From assembly GCA_951406725.2 (NCBI GenBank), contig OX597815.1, forward strand, positions 178,932,001 to 178,996,000: a stretch of 64,000 nucleotides of DNA, written 5' to 3'. Origin of the DNA: Octopus vulgaris (lineage: Eukaryota). Every line of letters begins with the position of its first letter. The first letter of the stretch is position 1. The translations under genes were made by a program, and so were the position numbers. The notes beneath the pieces were generated by a model. That model was not told where the DNA came from. It did not search any database and saw nothing but the letters and a program-made list of their open reading frames with translations. This document shows positions 1-13,324 of this stretch, in pieces.

Positions 1-1658
1 TAGAGTAGGTGTGAAAGGTCAGATCTAGCTGGTTTGAGTCTAAAATAAATAGAATATTCTAGGCCGGTTTTGGCTGGTTTAAATGCTAAAGAGTTAAATT
101 TCTCCAAACATTACCATTTCTCTGAAAACACATCCCATTCTCTTGTAGGATATACCAAAACTATCGACAGTGTTATGCTTGGATAACAAAACCGTCCATT
201 TTGGGGAAGTGTGAAGGCTGGCTCAGAGAATGGATGAAATAGGGCAGCCAATTAGAGAAAATAAATTGGTCAGACATAATTAAAGGTTCAGGTATTTGGT
301 CCTTGCAAGGAAAGACAAAAGCAAAGCAAATTCATTGGGATTAACATAGGTGCAGGTGTGACTGTGTGCTAAGAAACTTGCTTCACAACCACATGGTTCT
401 AGGTTCAGTCTCACTGTGGGGAGGAATCTTCTACTATAGCCTTGGGACTTGTGAATGGATTTGGTGAACAGAAACTGAAAGAAGTCGAGCTGGCAGAATT
501 GTTAGCATGCAGGGCGAAATGCTTAGCAGTATTTCATGTGCCATTATGTTCTGAGTTCAAATTCCGCCGAGGTCGACTTTGTCTTTCATCCTTTTGGGGT
601 CGATAAATTAAGTACCAGTTACACACTGGGGTCGATGTAATCGACTTAATCCCTTTCTCTGTCCTTGTTTGTCCCCTCTATGTTTAGCCCTGTGGGCAAT
701 AAAGAAATAAGAAACTGAAAGAAGGCCATTGTATATATTTGTGTGTGTGTGTTCCCTACCACTACTTAGTAACTGGTGTTGGTGTGTTTACATCCCTACA
801 AATTAGTGGTTTGGCAAAGCAAAAGAGACTTAAAAGAATCTAACTAGGTTTGATTTGTTCAACTAAAATTCTTCATGGCAGTGCTCCAGCATGGCTGCAG
901 TCTGGTGACTGAAACAAATAAAAGATATAAGATATAAAATTCCTGTTTGGTTTTTTGTTGGAAGAAGCCCTTTGAAATCCTTGATAAATCTTTTGAAGTG
1001 CTTAGTTGTCTTGAGGAATTTATTGTTTGCATTACAGAAATGTGAATAAATTGAACAGTTATTAACATATTTCCTGGGAAATTTTCGATTCTGCATGGAT
1101 GATAGCCTCCTTTCAACAGAATGAAGTTTGTCATTTTATTGGAGGCGCAGTGACCCAGTGGTTAGGGCAGTGGACTCGCGGTCGTAGGATCGTCGTTTTG
1201 ATTCCCAGACTGGGCGTTGTGAGTGTTTATTGAGCGAAAACACCTAAAGCTCCATGAGGCTCCGGCAGAGGGTGGTGGCGATCCCTGCTGTACTCTTATT
1301 ATCCATCCAACCCATGCTAGCATGGAAAACGGACGTTAAACGATGATGATGATGATGATTCCTGGCTGTTGTAGTTGATTGTGGTATTGTTTCTATATTG
1401 GCATAATAGTAATGATCAAAGATGCTGGAACTAATGCAATCTGCAGTGACATTTTGGGAACCAGGTTGATGGGGAATTTTCAAAGAATACCCTAACATTT
1501 CCATTTTAAAACTTTCCTTATTTTCGAATGTTTAGCAGTGCCAAATAGGAAGCAAAATCTCTCTATATCAGCCACAATTGACAAGCGTTTTCCTCAGAAA
1601 CTGAAATTCCATCTTCTGACTGCTTTCAGTTGAAACTGACTTTTTTTTTTCTACTGTA

Positions 1659-1831
1659 TAGGCACAGGAGTGGCTGTGTGGTAAGTAGCTTGCTTACCAA
1701 CCACATGGTTCTGGGTTCAGTCCCACTGCGTGGCATCTTGGGCAAGTGTCTTCTACTATAGCCTCGGGCCGACCAAAGCCTTGTGAGTGGATTTGGTAGA
1801 CAGAAACTGAAAGAAGCCCGTCGTATATATG

Positions 1832-1862
<31 letters not shown>

Positions 1863-2078
1863 TTGTGTGTCTGTGTTTGTCCCCCTAGCATTGTTTGACA
1901 ACCGATGCTGGTGTGTTTACGTCCCCGTCACTTAGTGGTTCGGCAAAAGAGACCGATAGAATAAGTACTGGGCTTACAAAGAATAAGTCCCAGGGTCGAT
2001 TTGCTCGACTAAAGGCGGTGCTCCAGCATGGCCACAGTCAAATGACTGAAACAAGTAAGAAAAAAAAAAGAGTAAAAG
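1659..2078 (+). mobile_element. SINE family A (tRNA-like head, CORE-like segment, internal microsatellite, LINE-derived tail); representative full copy
   Basis: A/B-box-like head (TGGCTGTGTGG...GGTTCAGTCCC), CORE-like GCATCTTGGGCAAGTGTCTT, tail ...CAGCATGGCCACAGTCAAATGACTGAAAC. Other copies (approximate): 347-910, 15925-16100, 17450-17800, 30640-30995, 31030-31215(-), 35415-35745(-), 52850-53195, 61000-61320(-). Confidence 0.9.
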
Positions 2079-2979
2079 AGTGCCAAATATTAAGCAAAAT
2101 CTCTCTATATCAGCCAATATTGTAAAACGTTTTCCTCAGAAACTGAAATCCCATCTTCTGACTGCTTTCAGTTGAAACTGATTTTTTTCTACTGTTTTTA
2201 CTTATAAATTTCTTAATTCAAAGGGTATGAAAGAATGGAAACACCGTCTGGTTAGCTTCACTAATGGTTGCACCAGTGCCTAATTCAATTGCATTTTTTC
2301 TTTATTTGGAATGCTTCATCATTGTTGATACTAACCAAAAGAGAGATCTTATGATATTATAATTTATTAATTCAAAAACCTTTATTTCATGGGATGATAG
2401 AGGAAATGAGTTGCATTTTGTTAAAGAAATAATTCTTTATAAAAAGATGAGAATATCTCCTGAAAATATTAAGTTAAAGAACTCGCTTTAAATTTTAGAA
2501 ATTTTAATATCTGACAAAGGAGGAATAGTCAAGAGAAATTCTACACAAGTTGAATAAGGCTGAAGTAAGTGGTAAGAAATTTCGTAACGAAGAATAGGGA
2601 ACCTTGATACCAAATAAACTGATTTTCATGGTTAATTACAAGACCTATTTAGTGAGCTACTTCCATTAGTTTAAGCAACAATTATGTTCCTCTTGAGAAT
2701 TTTCAATGGCACTGAAATGGTCAGTGAAGTGACCCTTGTAGGAAGTCCACTTTTTAATTGTCTAAGCCATGGAATTGCTGAACTTGGCTAGCATATTGAT
2801 TTTAGTAGTAAAATACATGAGCTTCAATAGCTTAGTGATGCCACCATCCTATGGCCAAGACGAAGGGCTTGCTCTTGCTCTTGCTCATGAGGTAGATTAC
2901 TTTGATAAATTATTCTGAAAAGCAGATAACTCTTTTTATTTCCTTACCAAAAGATCATCAACTTGATTTTATCCATATA

Positions 2980-3375
2980 CTAGCAGTATTGCCTGGCGTT
3001 GCTCGGGTTTGTTTCGACCCTTTAGAATTGGAATTTTTGAAAAGTAAAACTCTTGCATTATGTAGCTTGTTATTCTCATTAAGTAAACATTTTTCTGGTT
3101 GAAATACACCGAAAAATGGCGACACACCAGTCAAAAAATCATAATAAAATAGGGATTTTCATAGAAAAAAAAGCATCTTTTTAATGTAAATAATTTTTGG
3201 TGTTGACATGGTCCGATTTGAATTTTATCTTCTACGGAATGAAGAGCAAGCCTTCTTCTATCATACTCTCAATTTTGGTCAACTTGCGCCGCAGGGTCTC
3301 GGAGGAGATGGTGTTAGTTGAAGGCTACCAAACCTGCCGTACACAGACAACTTCAGCTTTGTATATATAGAGAGA
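2980..3375 (-). mobile_element. Non-autonomous Helitron
   Basis: On the minus strand: 5' TC, 3' GC hairpin (CCCGAGCAACGCCAGG) followed by CTAG, inserted between A and T with no TSD; ends shared with the copy at 20364-20671. Confidence 0.75.
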
Positions 3376-4054
3376 TTTGCATTTTAACCTTAACTACATT
3401 CAGTTCAAGTAAAAAAATTACAAAACTACTTGTATAGTTTCCTTTTCTCAGTTCCACTGTATGCTGGTAATATTCTTTTGATTTTATTTGTAGAATATTC
3501 CATGTGTAACTGTTTGTAAGTTGTCCAAACTAAACATTTACAGAACTAATGTCTTCCAATTCTACCAAACTCTCAAATAAAAAAAACCCCTCAAATTAAC
3601 AAAATCAAAAATGTCAGCGAATTTAATCAATCCCAAGTCTTTGACTGGTCCTTGTTTTATTATCAACCTTTGAAACCCCTAAAGCCACCATTGAATCTGG
3701 GTAGAATGAGACGGTTGTGTCTGCTTTACAGAGACAACTTTGTATTCTTGACACAACACTTGAACAGATATTCTCTGTGATGGATTCAAGATGAGGACAC
3801 AGTCTGGGATGTATATATATAAATAAATGATTGTTAGATGCTTTAAAATCTTAATTCAGAACTTTTAAACTGTCATATACATTATATATTTATACTTATA
3901 CATATTTACATATATTTATATATATTTATATTTTTAATACAACAATTATTTTACACAAGTATATATATCTTTCTGAAGAATTTTCTAATATTGATTTCCT
4001 GATATTAACAATAATATATATATATAAACAAGGAATTAAGTATATTAATTATTG

Positions 4055-4094
<40 letters not shown>

Positions 4095-4448
4095 ATGTAT
4101 CAAGAAAGAGTTATGCTGAGCTTTTAATTTACCGATTTAATTCCAATTTTTCTGCTAAATTTATTTAGTTTTATATTTATTTCTGCATAACTCTGTTATA
4201 AACGATCAATACCTTTGCAACTACCTGTCCATCTTTTATTTTATACTTTCATTAGCTCACCTGATGCATTACCTGTAGTCAGCTCTTATTATCATTGATT
4301 CCATATCCCTTTGTTCAACAATGGATTTCAGGTTCTTGGCCCAGTCTGAGCACATATTCTCTGTATCTGTTGCTACTATATAATGGACGTAATTCAATGA
4401 TTTGGAAACAAAATACAAATTCATTTTGTTTTTTTGGTATTGTTTTCA

Positions 4449-4679
4449 GCGGCGAGCTGGCAGAAACATTAGCATGCCAGGCGAAAATGCTTAGCCGTAT
4501 TTCATCTGCCGTTATGTTCTGAGTTCAAATTTTGCTGAGGTCGCCTTTGCCTTTCATCCTTTCAGGGAGGATAAATTAAGTACCAGTTATGCACTGGGAT
4601 CAATGTAATCGACTTAATCTGTTTGTCTGTCCTTGTTTGTCCACTCTATGTTTAGCCCCTTGTGGGTAATAAAGAAATA
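4449..4679 (+). mobile_element. SINE family B (contains GCCTTTCATCCTTTCGGGGTCGATAAA conserved domain)
   Basis: 13-bp TSD GGTATTGTTTTCA (4436-4448 / 4680-4692). Other copies (approximate): 485-710, 8890-9300, 13048-13280, 14455-14650, 36898-37125(-), 40435-40580(-), 41117-41550, 53225-53640(-). Confidence 0.9.
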
Positions 4680-4822
4680 GGTATTGTTTTCACTGTATAT
4701 CATTATAACTTGTTCATTAAACATTACAAATATTTTGACATAATTTTTCTAAATAGTTTTTTTTTTGTTTTGTTTTTAAAAAGGATAATGGCAAAGTTTT
4801 TCATTTTGGTTCCTTTTTTTAG

Positions 4823-5027
4823 AAAAAAGAGATTGTCGATATTGATGTTGAAGAAAAAGGGTCAAAGAAGAACTCTGAAACTCTGGATATTGTTGCCAAA
4901 ACAAACTTGGCCTACAATGTCGTTGAGTTGAAAATCCATCCTGATGGCACTATTGGAGTTTGTATGACCGAGAACGACAAAGGTGGCTTTGATGTGGTTG
5001 ACTTGTGCAGTAAAGGCTCCGAGAAAA
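4823..5027 (+). CDS. Internal exon A of an uncharacterised spliced gene (KKEIVDIDVEEKGSKKNSETLDIVAKTNLAYNVVELKIHPDGTIGVCMTENDKGGFDVVDLCSKGSEK)
   Basis: Polypyrimidine tract plus AG at 4821-4822; GTAATT donor at 5028; open in one frame only; 205 nt, ends in phase 1, matching the next exon. Upstream exons probably lie outside the window. Confidence 0.8.
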
Positions 5028-5113
5028 GTAATTATTCATTTATGCTTTTATTCTTTACATTTGTTATGCATAGAAAAGATTGGTAACTTTGTAGATTTTT
5101 TTTCCATCTACAG

Positions 5114-5651
5114 CACTGGTTCTTAACCGGTGTCCCTAGGACCCTTAGAGGGTCCATATCAGATTTTGTGGTTAAAATAAACTGATAATTGTTCTACTCG
5201 AAATATTTTGATTTTTTTATACAATTCCTAATAATATTGAATTATCAAAATACATTAAGACTTTTTTAAAACATCATTTTTACGTGCCACCGGCACAGCG
5301 CCGCCTTGACTGGCTTCTGTGCTGGTGGCACATAAAAAGCACCAACCGATTGTGGCCGCTGCCAGACTCCTCTGGCACCTGTATCGGTGGCACGTAAAAA
5401 GCACCCACTATACTCACGGAGTGGTTGGCATTAGGAAGGGCATCCAGCCGTAGAAACACTGCCAGACCAGACTGGAGCCTGATGCAGTCTTCTGGCTTCC
5501 CAGACTCCGGTTGAACCGTCCAACCCGTGCTAGCCCGGAAAACGGATGTTAAATGATGATGATGATGGTGCTCAAATGGCTATGAGGGACTAGCAGAGTA
5601 AAATGGGAACCAAAGGGTTCCATTGGTAAAAAAAATGGTTGAGAACCACTG
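5114..5651. mobile_element. hAT (Charlie-like) MITE with nested family D SINE (~5277-5568)
   Basis: TIRs CACTGGTTCTTAACC / GGTTGAGAACCACTG; 8-bp TSD ATCTACAG / ACCTACAG (1 mismatch). Confidence 0.8.
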
Positions 5652-6361
5652 ACCTACAGGATTATCAAGGATTTGATTTTGTTACTTTTCCCCATTGCTC
5701 AGTGAAGTAGTGTTTCTCATAAGAGGGGAACCAGTCCCCTCCACTGGGGTTGTAAAATAGGGGTAAACAAGTTATCATGTTTGATAAAATTAAAATAATC
5801 TTAAAGATGTCCAACACAATGGCAAAGAAAGAAGAATTCTGTTGATGCAAATTCCGTTTTGTTTCCAAATTAATAAGAGGTGGAAGGAGAGCAAAACATT
5901 TTAATGATATTTGCAGAGGAGGGGAGCCAATGCAGAGGAAGGGGTCAGTCTTTGTCAGTCTGTGAATGACTGCACCGGAAGATTTAGGCTCAGCACTGCA
6001 ATGCAACAAAAGATTTGTTAATTATACAATAATCATTGTAATTATGGTGTTGCAGTGGTTCTGTTGCAGTTTGATCAACAGACTCAATGAGGTTTAAATG
6101 TCTTGGTTAAGAACATTGGTGCCGTCATCTAATGGCATATGAACTGTTGACCTGGAATCCTAATGAGTTGGTCATCTCTAACTCTGTGATCTTAACGAAT
6201 TCAAAATAGCCAGGTGGATAGAATATTTGACATTGCATCACATGTTTGTTGCAGGCATTGAAGTTCAATAACAGAATGAGGGAAGAACTGAAGATCATTG
6301 TTCTTGTTTGTTTGGCATCTTTTCTGTTAGAATTCTTTTTGTTATGCTTTAACCGGGTTAA

Positions 6362-6807
6362 CCCTTTCGTTACTGTATTTATTTCAAGATGCTCTGTGTT
6401 TCTTTCAATTGATTTTAAATATAACAATGAATTTAGTAAAATAACTTAGTTATTGTTAAGCTAGTGTTAGGAACATAAATTGTGACTAAGGTTTGGTGGA
6501 AGATTTTAATTCAGAACTTATGAAAACAAGACATTTGTACTCAGAGCCAGTTTCAAGCAGGTTGGTATCAAAAGGGGTTAGGAATTGTAACCCTTTTGTT
6601 ACCATATTTCTGTTGAGATGCTCTGTGTTTCTATTAATTTTAAATATAACAAAGAATTTAGTAAAATAACTCAGTTATCATTCAGCTAGTGTTAGGAACA
6701 TAAATTGTGACTAAGGTTTGGTGGAAGATTTTTATTCAGAACTTATGAAAACAAGACATTTGTACTCAGAGCCAGAGCTGGTTTCAGCCGGGTTGGTAAT
6801 GAAAGGG
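6362..6807. mobile_element. Two tandem piggyBac-type MITEs (6362-6577 and 6591-6807)
   Basis: TTAA|CCCTT...AAGGG|TTAA termini; near-identical ~215-bp bodies; further copies at ~18808-19006 and ~19161-19341. Confidence 0.8.
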
Positions 6808-7062
6808 TTAAACAAATGATCATGTTTAATAAAATTAAAATAATTTAGAACTTGTCCAGCACAAGCTTTGACATTTTGGTTGGAATTGTCTGTGTCCGTC
6901 ATAATCACTGTCTGCAAGTGAGTCTTTTATATTGATAGTTTGATTTAAACACCCACAATCTCTCTCTCTCTCTCTTCATATTTTTGGATAAATCTCAATA
7001 ATTTACAGCTTAATGCCATATACTCACTAAACTCCATGTGTATTTGTGATTTTTTGGTATGT

Positions 7063-7420
7063 ATCATCATCATTTAGCGTCCATTGTCCACACTGGCATG
7101 GGTTGGTCAGTTTGACCAGTGCTGGAAAGCCGGAAGGCTGTACCAGACTCCAGTCTGATTTGGAGTGGTTTCTACGGCTGGATGCCCTTCCTAATGCCAA
7201 CTACTCTAAGAGTGTAATGGGTGCTTTTACGTGCCACTGGCACAGGTGCCATTTGCATGACACCAGTATTTGTCACGACTGTGATTTTGCTTGGCTTGAT
7301 GGGTCTTCTCAAGCACGACATATTGCCAAAGGTCTTGGTCATTGCCTCTGTGAGCCCCAACACTCGAAAGGAGCTCAGCCACTTTGCTTCCATGAGACCC
7401 AACACTCAAGAGGTGCTTTT
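7063..7420 (-). mobile_element. SINE/short element family D with RTE-like (GAT)n tail
   Basis: Recurrent CATCATCATCATTTAACGTCC...GGATGCCCTTCCTAACGCCAACC block. Copies (approximate): 5277-5568, 10225-10465, 11470-11640, 13902-14150, 14860-15500, 15503-15645, 27395-27450. Strand assigned from the tail. Confidence 0.75.
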
Positions 7421-8056
7421 TAATGTTTATTTGTATTGTAAAGTGATTGTCGAAATCTGGGTGTATATCCTTTATTAGCATGTACCAGTGTATAGATGTG
7501 TGTGCATCTATATCCTTCTGTTTGTCTGCATGCATGGGCTGGGGAACAGGGGGTGCAGGGAGTTCAAGTGCCCCTCCTAAAATATTTTGGAGGGGCAAAA
7601 CCAAAATTTGTACCCTTACTTAGTTTCCTCAAGTTTAGAAAACGGTGTGTCAGATCTGTAAATATTAGCTTGAAGTTAGGTTTCTTCTCAAAAAACAAAA
7701 ATCACAATAAGTCCTTGTTTTGGACCTGGGTTTGCAACTGCTACGCAAATTTGTGGGGAGGTATGTTACATTGACTCCAATGCATGACTAGTATTTATTT
7801 AATTGATCCCACTGAAAGTATGAAAACAAAATTGACCATAGCAGAATTTGGACCCAGAATGAGAAGTCGGAAAAAATACCACCAAGTATTTTGTCAGGCA
7901 TGCCAACTTTCTTCAATTCCTCAGATAATACATAGACTTCTCATGTTCATTTACCCACCCCCACGTTTGACAAAAAAAAGGGTTGAAAGAATTATCTCCC
8001 TTAGCAAGGTAGATAACTCATTTCTTTAAAAAATTTAAACCAAACAAGTTGTTTAA

Positions 8057-8405
8057 CCCCTAAAGCGCTGGGATTTGCCCTTACATAGCATGGCCTGCTG
8101 AGCACATTTCATAAAAATGAGAACTACCATGCACAGTCATAAAAAAACAAAAAAATAGTTAAAATATCTTAGTATATAATGGTGGTAACTTTTAAATCAT
8201 CTGCATTAGTTGAACAATTTTTTAAATCATCTGCATTAGTTGAACAATTAGTCCTCTTGCATTCTGGGGTGGAGGGTATCGGAGTGTTTGAGTGACATTC
8301 GACCCCAACAAACGCTTATAAATTAAATGCATCTATCTGGGCCACGATCACGGCCTGTTGACCTGTGCCTGATGGCCACGAACGTGGGCCATCGCGCTTT
8401 ATGTG
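8057..8405. mobile_element. piggyBac-type MITE relic
   Basis: TTAA flanks; degenerate TIRs CCCCTAAAGCGC / GCGCTTTATGTG; internal ~30-bp tandem duplication at ~8190-8249. Confidence 0.5.
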
Positions 8406-9691
8406 TTAAATAAAATAATAAAAATTCTGAAAACAAGAACAGTTATTGTATTAGATATGCTAAATGTAACAATGAGCTTGTATTCATGTATTGTTTTACA
8501 TGAGACAACTTGTCAAAATGCCAAATCATTACGATTGAAACTGGCGAGTTGACTACGCATATCCGGTTTCTGACAATGCAGAACTGTGTGTAAGAATGAT
8601 GATGAGGTTTAAGTAGAACTCTTCAAGCACAGACTTTTCAAGTAGAGTCCTCAATTTTATCTTCATTAACATCTAAATCTTTATTACTTGGTCATTTCCT
8701 TCCTTGAAGGTGAATAATATTTAAGAAAATACAAAAATTATGTATAGGAATTCTTTTCTTTTATTCTTTTAAGTGTTTCAGTCATTTGACTTAAAAGGGT
8801 TTTAGTCAAAGAAATCGACCCCAGGATTTATTCTTTGTAAAACTACTACTGATTCTTTCGGTCGCTTTTGCCAAACCACTAAGTTACATATTTCTTTACT
8901 ACCCTCAAGGGGCTAAACATAGAGTAGACAAACAAACAGATTAAGTCGATTACATCGACCCCCAGTGTGCAACTGGTACTTAATTTATCGACCCCGGAAG
9001 GATGAAAGGAGAGGTCGACCTCGGCGGAATTTGATAAATTAAGTACCAGTTGCGTACTGGGGTCGATCTAATCGACTTAATCCGTTTGTCTGTCCTTGTT
9101 TGTCCTCTTTGTGTTTAGCCTCTTGTGGGTAATAAAGAAATAGGTATTTCGTCCGTCTTTAGGTTCTGAGTTCAAATTCCGCCAAGGTCGACTTTACCTT
9201 TCATCCTTTCGGAGTCGATAAATTAAGTACCAGTTGTGTACTGGAGTTGATCAAATCGACTGGCCTCCTCCCCCACAACTTCGGGCCTTGTGCCTAAATT
9301 TTAAAAAAAATGTCAAAACACACACACACTGTGTTTCTGCACTATTTCCAAATAATTTCTCTGTACAAGGCATTGGTCAACCAAGTCTGTGGTGGAAAAC
9401 ACTTGTTTAAAGTGCTGTGCCATGGGGTTGAAATGAGAACCATGTGATTCACAACCTAATTTTTTTTCCTTATCACTTAGCCATATATGCACACCATTCC
9501 CCCCATATATCTGCCAACATATTCTCACCATTAATACTTCCAAATATCTTCTCCCTCACCAACGCCCTATGTTTTCCTCTCAGTCATATGACAAATAATG
9601 TTGACATTAATCGAACGATTAAAAATACTGGTTGTGTTACTGTTATTTCTTTACAAAAATATTCACATTGGTTATAATTTCTGAATTCTAG

Positions 9692-9804
9692 CTCTTTTCT
9701 ACCCTCCTGAAGAAGTTGCTGCAGGCAAAAACAAGAAGGAGCTAACAGATTCTTTGGTTGACTGCATTCGATATTCTGCTCTGTTTGAGTGGCTTGTGCA
9801 CTGG
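9692..9804 (+). CDS. Exon B of same gene ((T)LFYPPEEVAAGKNKKELTDSLVDCIRYSALFEWLVHW)
   Basis: TTCTAG acceptor, GTAAGT donor at 9805; 113 nt, starts in phase 1 and ends in phase 0; frame continuous with exons A and C. Confidence 0.85.
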
Positions 9805-10491
9805 GTAAGTATCTAATATTCCTAATTGCAATAATACTGTTCTTTTTTTAGGTGCCACTTTTAAATTAGATTTGACGAATGGCCAAATCCTGTTGATTGA
9901 AGGGTTAAATATAACATATCCTGTTTCTGACAATGCATTGTATTTTTAAAGTTTGTGTGAGTTTGAAGTAGAAAAAAAAGCACTCAAATCTCTCCTCATC
10001 ATTAGACAAGAAGAATAAGGTTAAATGTTTGGAGTTGGTGCAGATGATGTGCAGTCTGAATTTCTGCAACACTGCAGTTAATATGCATGTGTGTATGTGC
10101 ATGTGTGTGTATACATACTCACATATCAGATTATGTACACACACATGTATATTATATAAATGATGATGATATATATGCAACCATATGTGTACATGTTCAC
10201 ACACACACACACAGACACACACACATCATCATCATTTAACGTCCGTTTTCCATGCTAGCATGGGTCGGACGGTTCGACCGGGGTCTGGGAAGCCAGAAGG
10301 CTGCACCAGGCATCAGTCTGATTTGGTAGTGTTTCTACAGCTGGATGCCCTTCCTAACGCCAACCACTCTGAGTGTAGTGGGTGCTTTTTACGTGCCACT
10401 GGCACAGGTGCCAGGCGAGGCTGGCAAACGGCCACAATCGGTTGGTGCTTTTATGTGTCACCGACACTATATATACACACACACATATATA

Positions 10492-11280
10492 CAGGGTGTT
10501 CTAGGTAAATGGTCGCCATTTATGTTTTTAATTTCACGCATGTGCCTTGTTTGTTTTTGATGACTACACAGTATAGTAGGGTCAGTTGGGCACCGTCTGT
10601 GAGAAGAACAGCACCATGATGCAATTCACTCTGCCAGAAATTTGCAAACTACACTGTACTGCTTGGCATTCATGCTGAAAACTCCAATACGAACATTTCA
10701 GAGTGTTTGGGTGTCAATCTGAGGATGGTGCAGAGGATTTGGAAAGAGTTGGATGAGTCTGATGGTGATTATGAAGGTATGGCAGCTCGGAAAACTCACT
10801 CTGATACTCCGATCATTTTGATAAGAAAAGAACTCCTGAATTTGCTGATCAGATCCAAGCCATGATTGACAATGATCCCTCCAAGTCAATCAGGTCCATC
10901 ACCAGGGACACGGGACAGTCTGAGTTTCTTGTCAGGCAGGTTGTGCATGAAGACATTTGGTATTCCTCATACAAGATGAGAAAGGGCCAGTTTTAATGCC
11001 AAGCCATCAAGGACAAGAGGAAAGACAATGCTATACAAAGCTTTTGAACAAACTCAAGCATCCCCTCCAACCGAACATGCTTTGGTTTTTCTCAGGCGAG
11101 AAAAAATTTCTGCCAGGATCAGATGGTGAACACACAGAACAACCGTTGGCTTGCTTTGTCCCAAAAACATTTACCAAGAGTAATAAAAATCAAACATTCA
11201 GTCAACATCATGGTGCTTGGAGTGATCACTAGTGACGGCGAGGTTATGCCTCCATTCATCTTCCCACATGGCCTCAACTT
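10492..11280 (+). mobile_element. Tc1/mariner (DD37D/maT-like) transposon relic, 3'-truncated
   Basis: TA|CAGGGTG terminus; frameshifted transposase pieces MLWFFSGEKKF, NTQNNRWLA, NIMVLGVITSDGEVMPPFIFPHGL. Confidence 0.8.
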
Positions 11281-12778
11281 AGTGCATAGTTCAGTAAATG
11301 TTTTTGCTCAATTCTTTGTTTTTTTTTTTTAAATTACACAAACTTTTACTATTTTACTAATGAACATAATTATTTACTTTCCTGTGTTTTAAACAAAACG
11401 ACCAAGTTGCTAAGGTGCTGGATGACCAGCATCATAATTCTTCCTACTCATTACCTTTATCATTTTATTTGCATTTTCCATGCTGGCTGGAAAGGCCAGG
11501 AGTGGAATTAGGTTCCATGTCTGGTTTGGCATGGTTTTTACAGCTGGATGCTCTTCCTAATGCCAACCACTTTACAGAGTGTCCTGGGTGCTTTTTATAA
11601 GGCACCAACACCAGTGCATTTTACATGGCACCAGTACCGAACAGGGTCTCCAAGCACCTTGCAAGACAAAACCCCCACAACTGTGAGGGGGGAAGTAGTA
11701 TTATGACGGGGTGTGGCTTTGTGCCAGTTGAGAGATTTAAGGTAAAGATGGGGCACAGATGGAGATGTCTTGCTGTAGAGTAGATACATGGATACCCGCA
11801 GTTGGATAGACAAAGGAAAGTGGTGTGGAGAGTAAGATAAAGAGAGCAATAATAAGAGATAATTGTGGTGAAGGTATGTTGGGACATGCCCTTGAGGGAC
11901 ATGGGGGGTGGTGAGAATAGGCGAGATGATAGAGAGTGAGTGAGTGGGCAGGATGAGGTGACCGTAGCAAATGATGGAGAGAAATATAGGAGGCGCTTGG
12001 AGGTGGGGTTTGAAATACTCACCTTGTCATGTGACTGTACTCTGTCTACCTAATGAACTCTGCTAACAACCACCCTTATGAATCACATTTTGAACTTGAA
12101 GACTTTAAACCGAAAATGAAATGGTTTGAATAAAGTTGTCTCCCATAACTCAGCAGGAATCTATTGGGAAGGAACAAACACCAGACACTCTCTGCAAAAT
12201 TCTAATCTCAAGTATCAGTTGATATTCCTCAGCGGAATCTGTTGGAAGCCTGTAATATGGATTCATTCTGCAATAAGACTCTTCTTTTATTATTCTGGCA
12301 GGGACTGTGCTAAGCAGGGATGTGTATAAATATAAACTTATTACCAGTTCAAGTATTCTTGAGGCAAATTCCAACCCATAAGAGAGCCGTTCACTGTATT
12401 TTGGAATGGAGAAAACTTGTCCCTTTAGACACAAAGGTGTTAAACACACCTTATATCGTTAACATCTTTGTGTCTAAAGTGAGAAATTTTCTCTCTGACA
12501 TAAACACATACCTCAAGTATATTTGAACAAGTTTGAATTTATTTTTTTTACTATTTTACTAGTTTCAGTCATTGAACTGTGGCCATGCTGGGGCAGACAT
12601 GTTCTAAACATATTTTAGTAATCTGAATTTTTCAAAGTTTCCATACTTTGTTTGGTGTTAATAATAATAATAATAACATCCATCCGTTTCCAGTTCTCTA
12701 ATGCTATACAATAAGTTCATTATAGTTATCATTTTGTGTTATTGGTCTGATTTTCACCTGGAAATTTGTTCATTTCAG

Positions 12779-12904
12779 CTTCATGTCATCCATTCTCATG
12801 AAGATGAAAAGCTGCCATGGGATGATAAATTCTGGTCATTCATTGGAGATGATGGCTTTAACGCGGCCTCAAGGTTTTTCAAATTAATTAATGTAAACTT
12901 TAAA
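12779..12904 (+). CDS. Exon C (LHVIHSHEDEKLPWDDKFWSFIGDDGFNAASRFFKLINVNFK)
   Basis: TTTCAG acceptor, GTAAGT donor at 12905; 126 nt, phase 0-0. Confidence 0.85.
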
Positions 12905-13324
12905 GTAAGTCCTAATTTTTATTCTTCTCATTGTGTTGCTTGAACCTGTTCATTCTGAAATAATAGTCTTTCTGTTATTTTAAAAATGTTTATTATTATT
13001 AAAATTTCCCAAAGACACAGAGCTCATGGCACCATGTTGTTATATTAAGGCGGCAAGTTGGCAGACTCGTTAGCATGCCAGATGATTAGTGGCATTTTTT
13101 TCTATATTTATGTCCTTGCTTCAAACTTTGCTGGGGTTGACTTTACCTTCCGTCCATTTGGGGGTCAGTAAAATGAGTACCAGCTGAACACTGGGAGGGT
13201 GGTGGTGGTTGATGTAATCAACCCCTCCCCTCTCCTGTAATTACTGCTCTTCTGCCAGGATAGGAAACCAAAATATTGTATCTCTTACTTCCTAATGGAA
13301 CAGCAGGACTTTATGACATAATGT

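Noticed and set aside
149-291. Possible upstream exon of the + strand gene
   Set aside because: AG and GT are present but all three frames contain stops; the same applies to a candidate near 3732-3810.
1626-2125. Recurrent ORFs such as RASFSFRLPNPLTRLWSARGYSRRHLP and FQSFDCGHAGAPP
   Set aside because: Chance frames through SINE family A, repeated at every copy.
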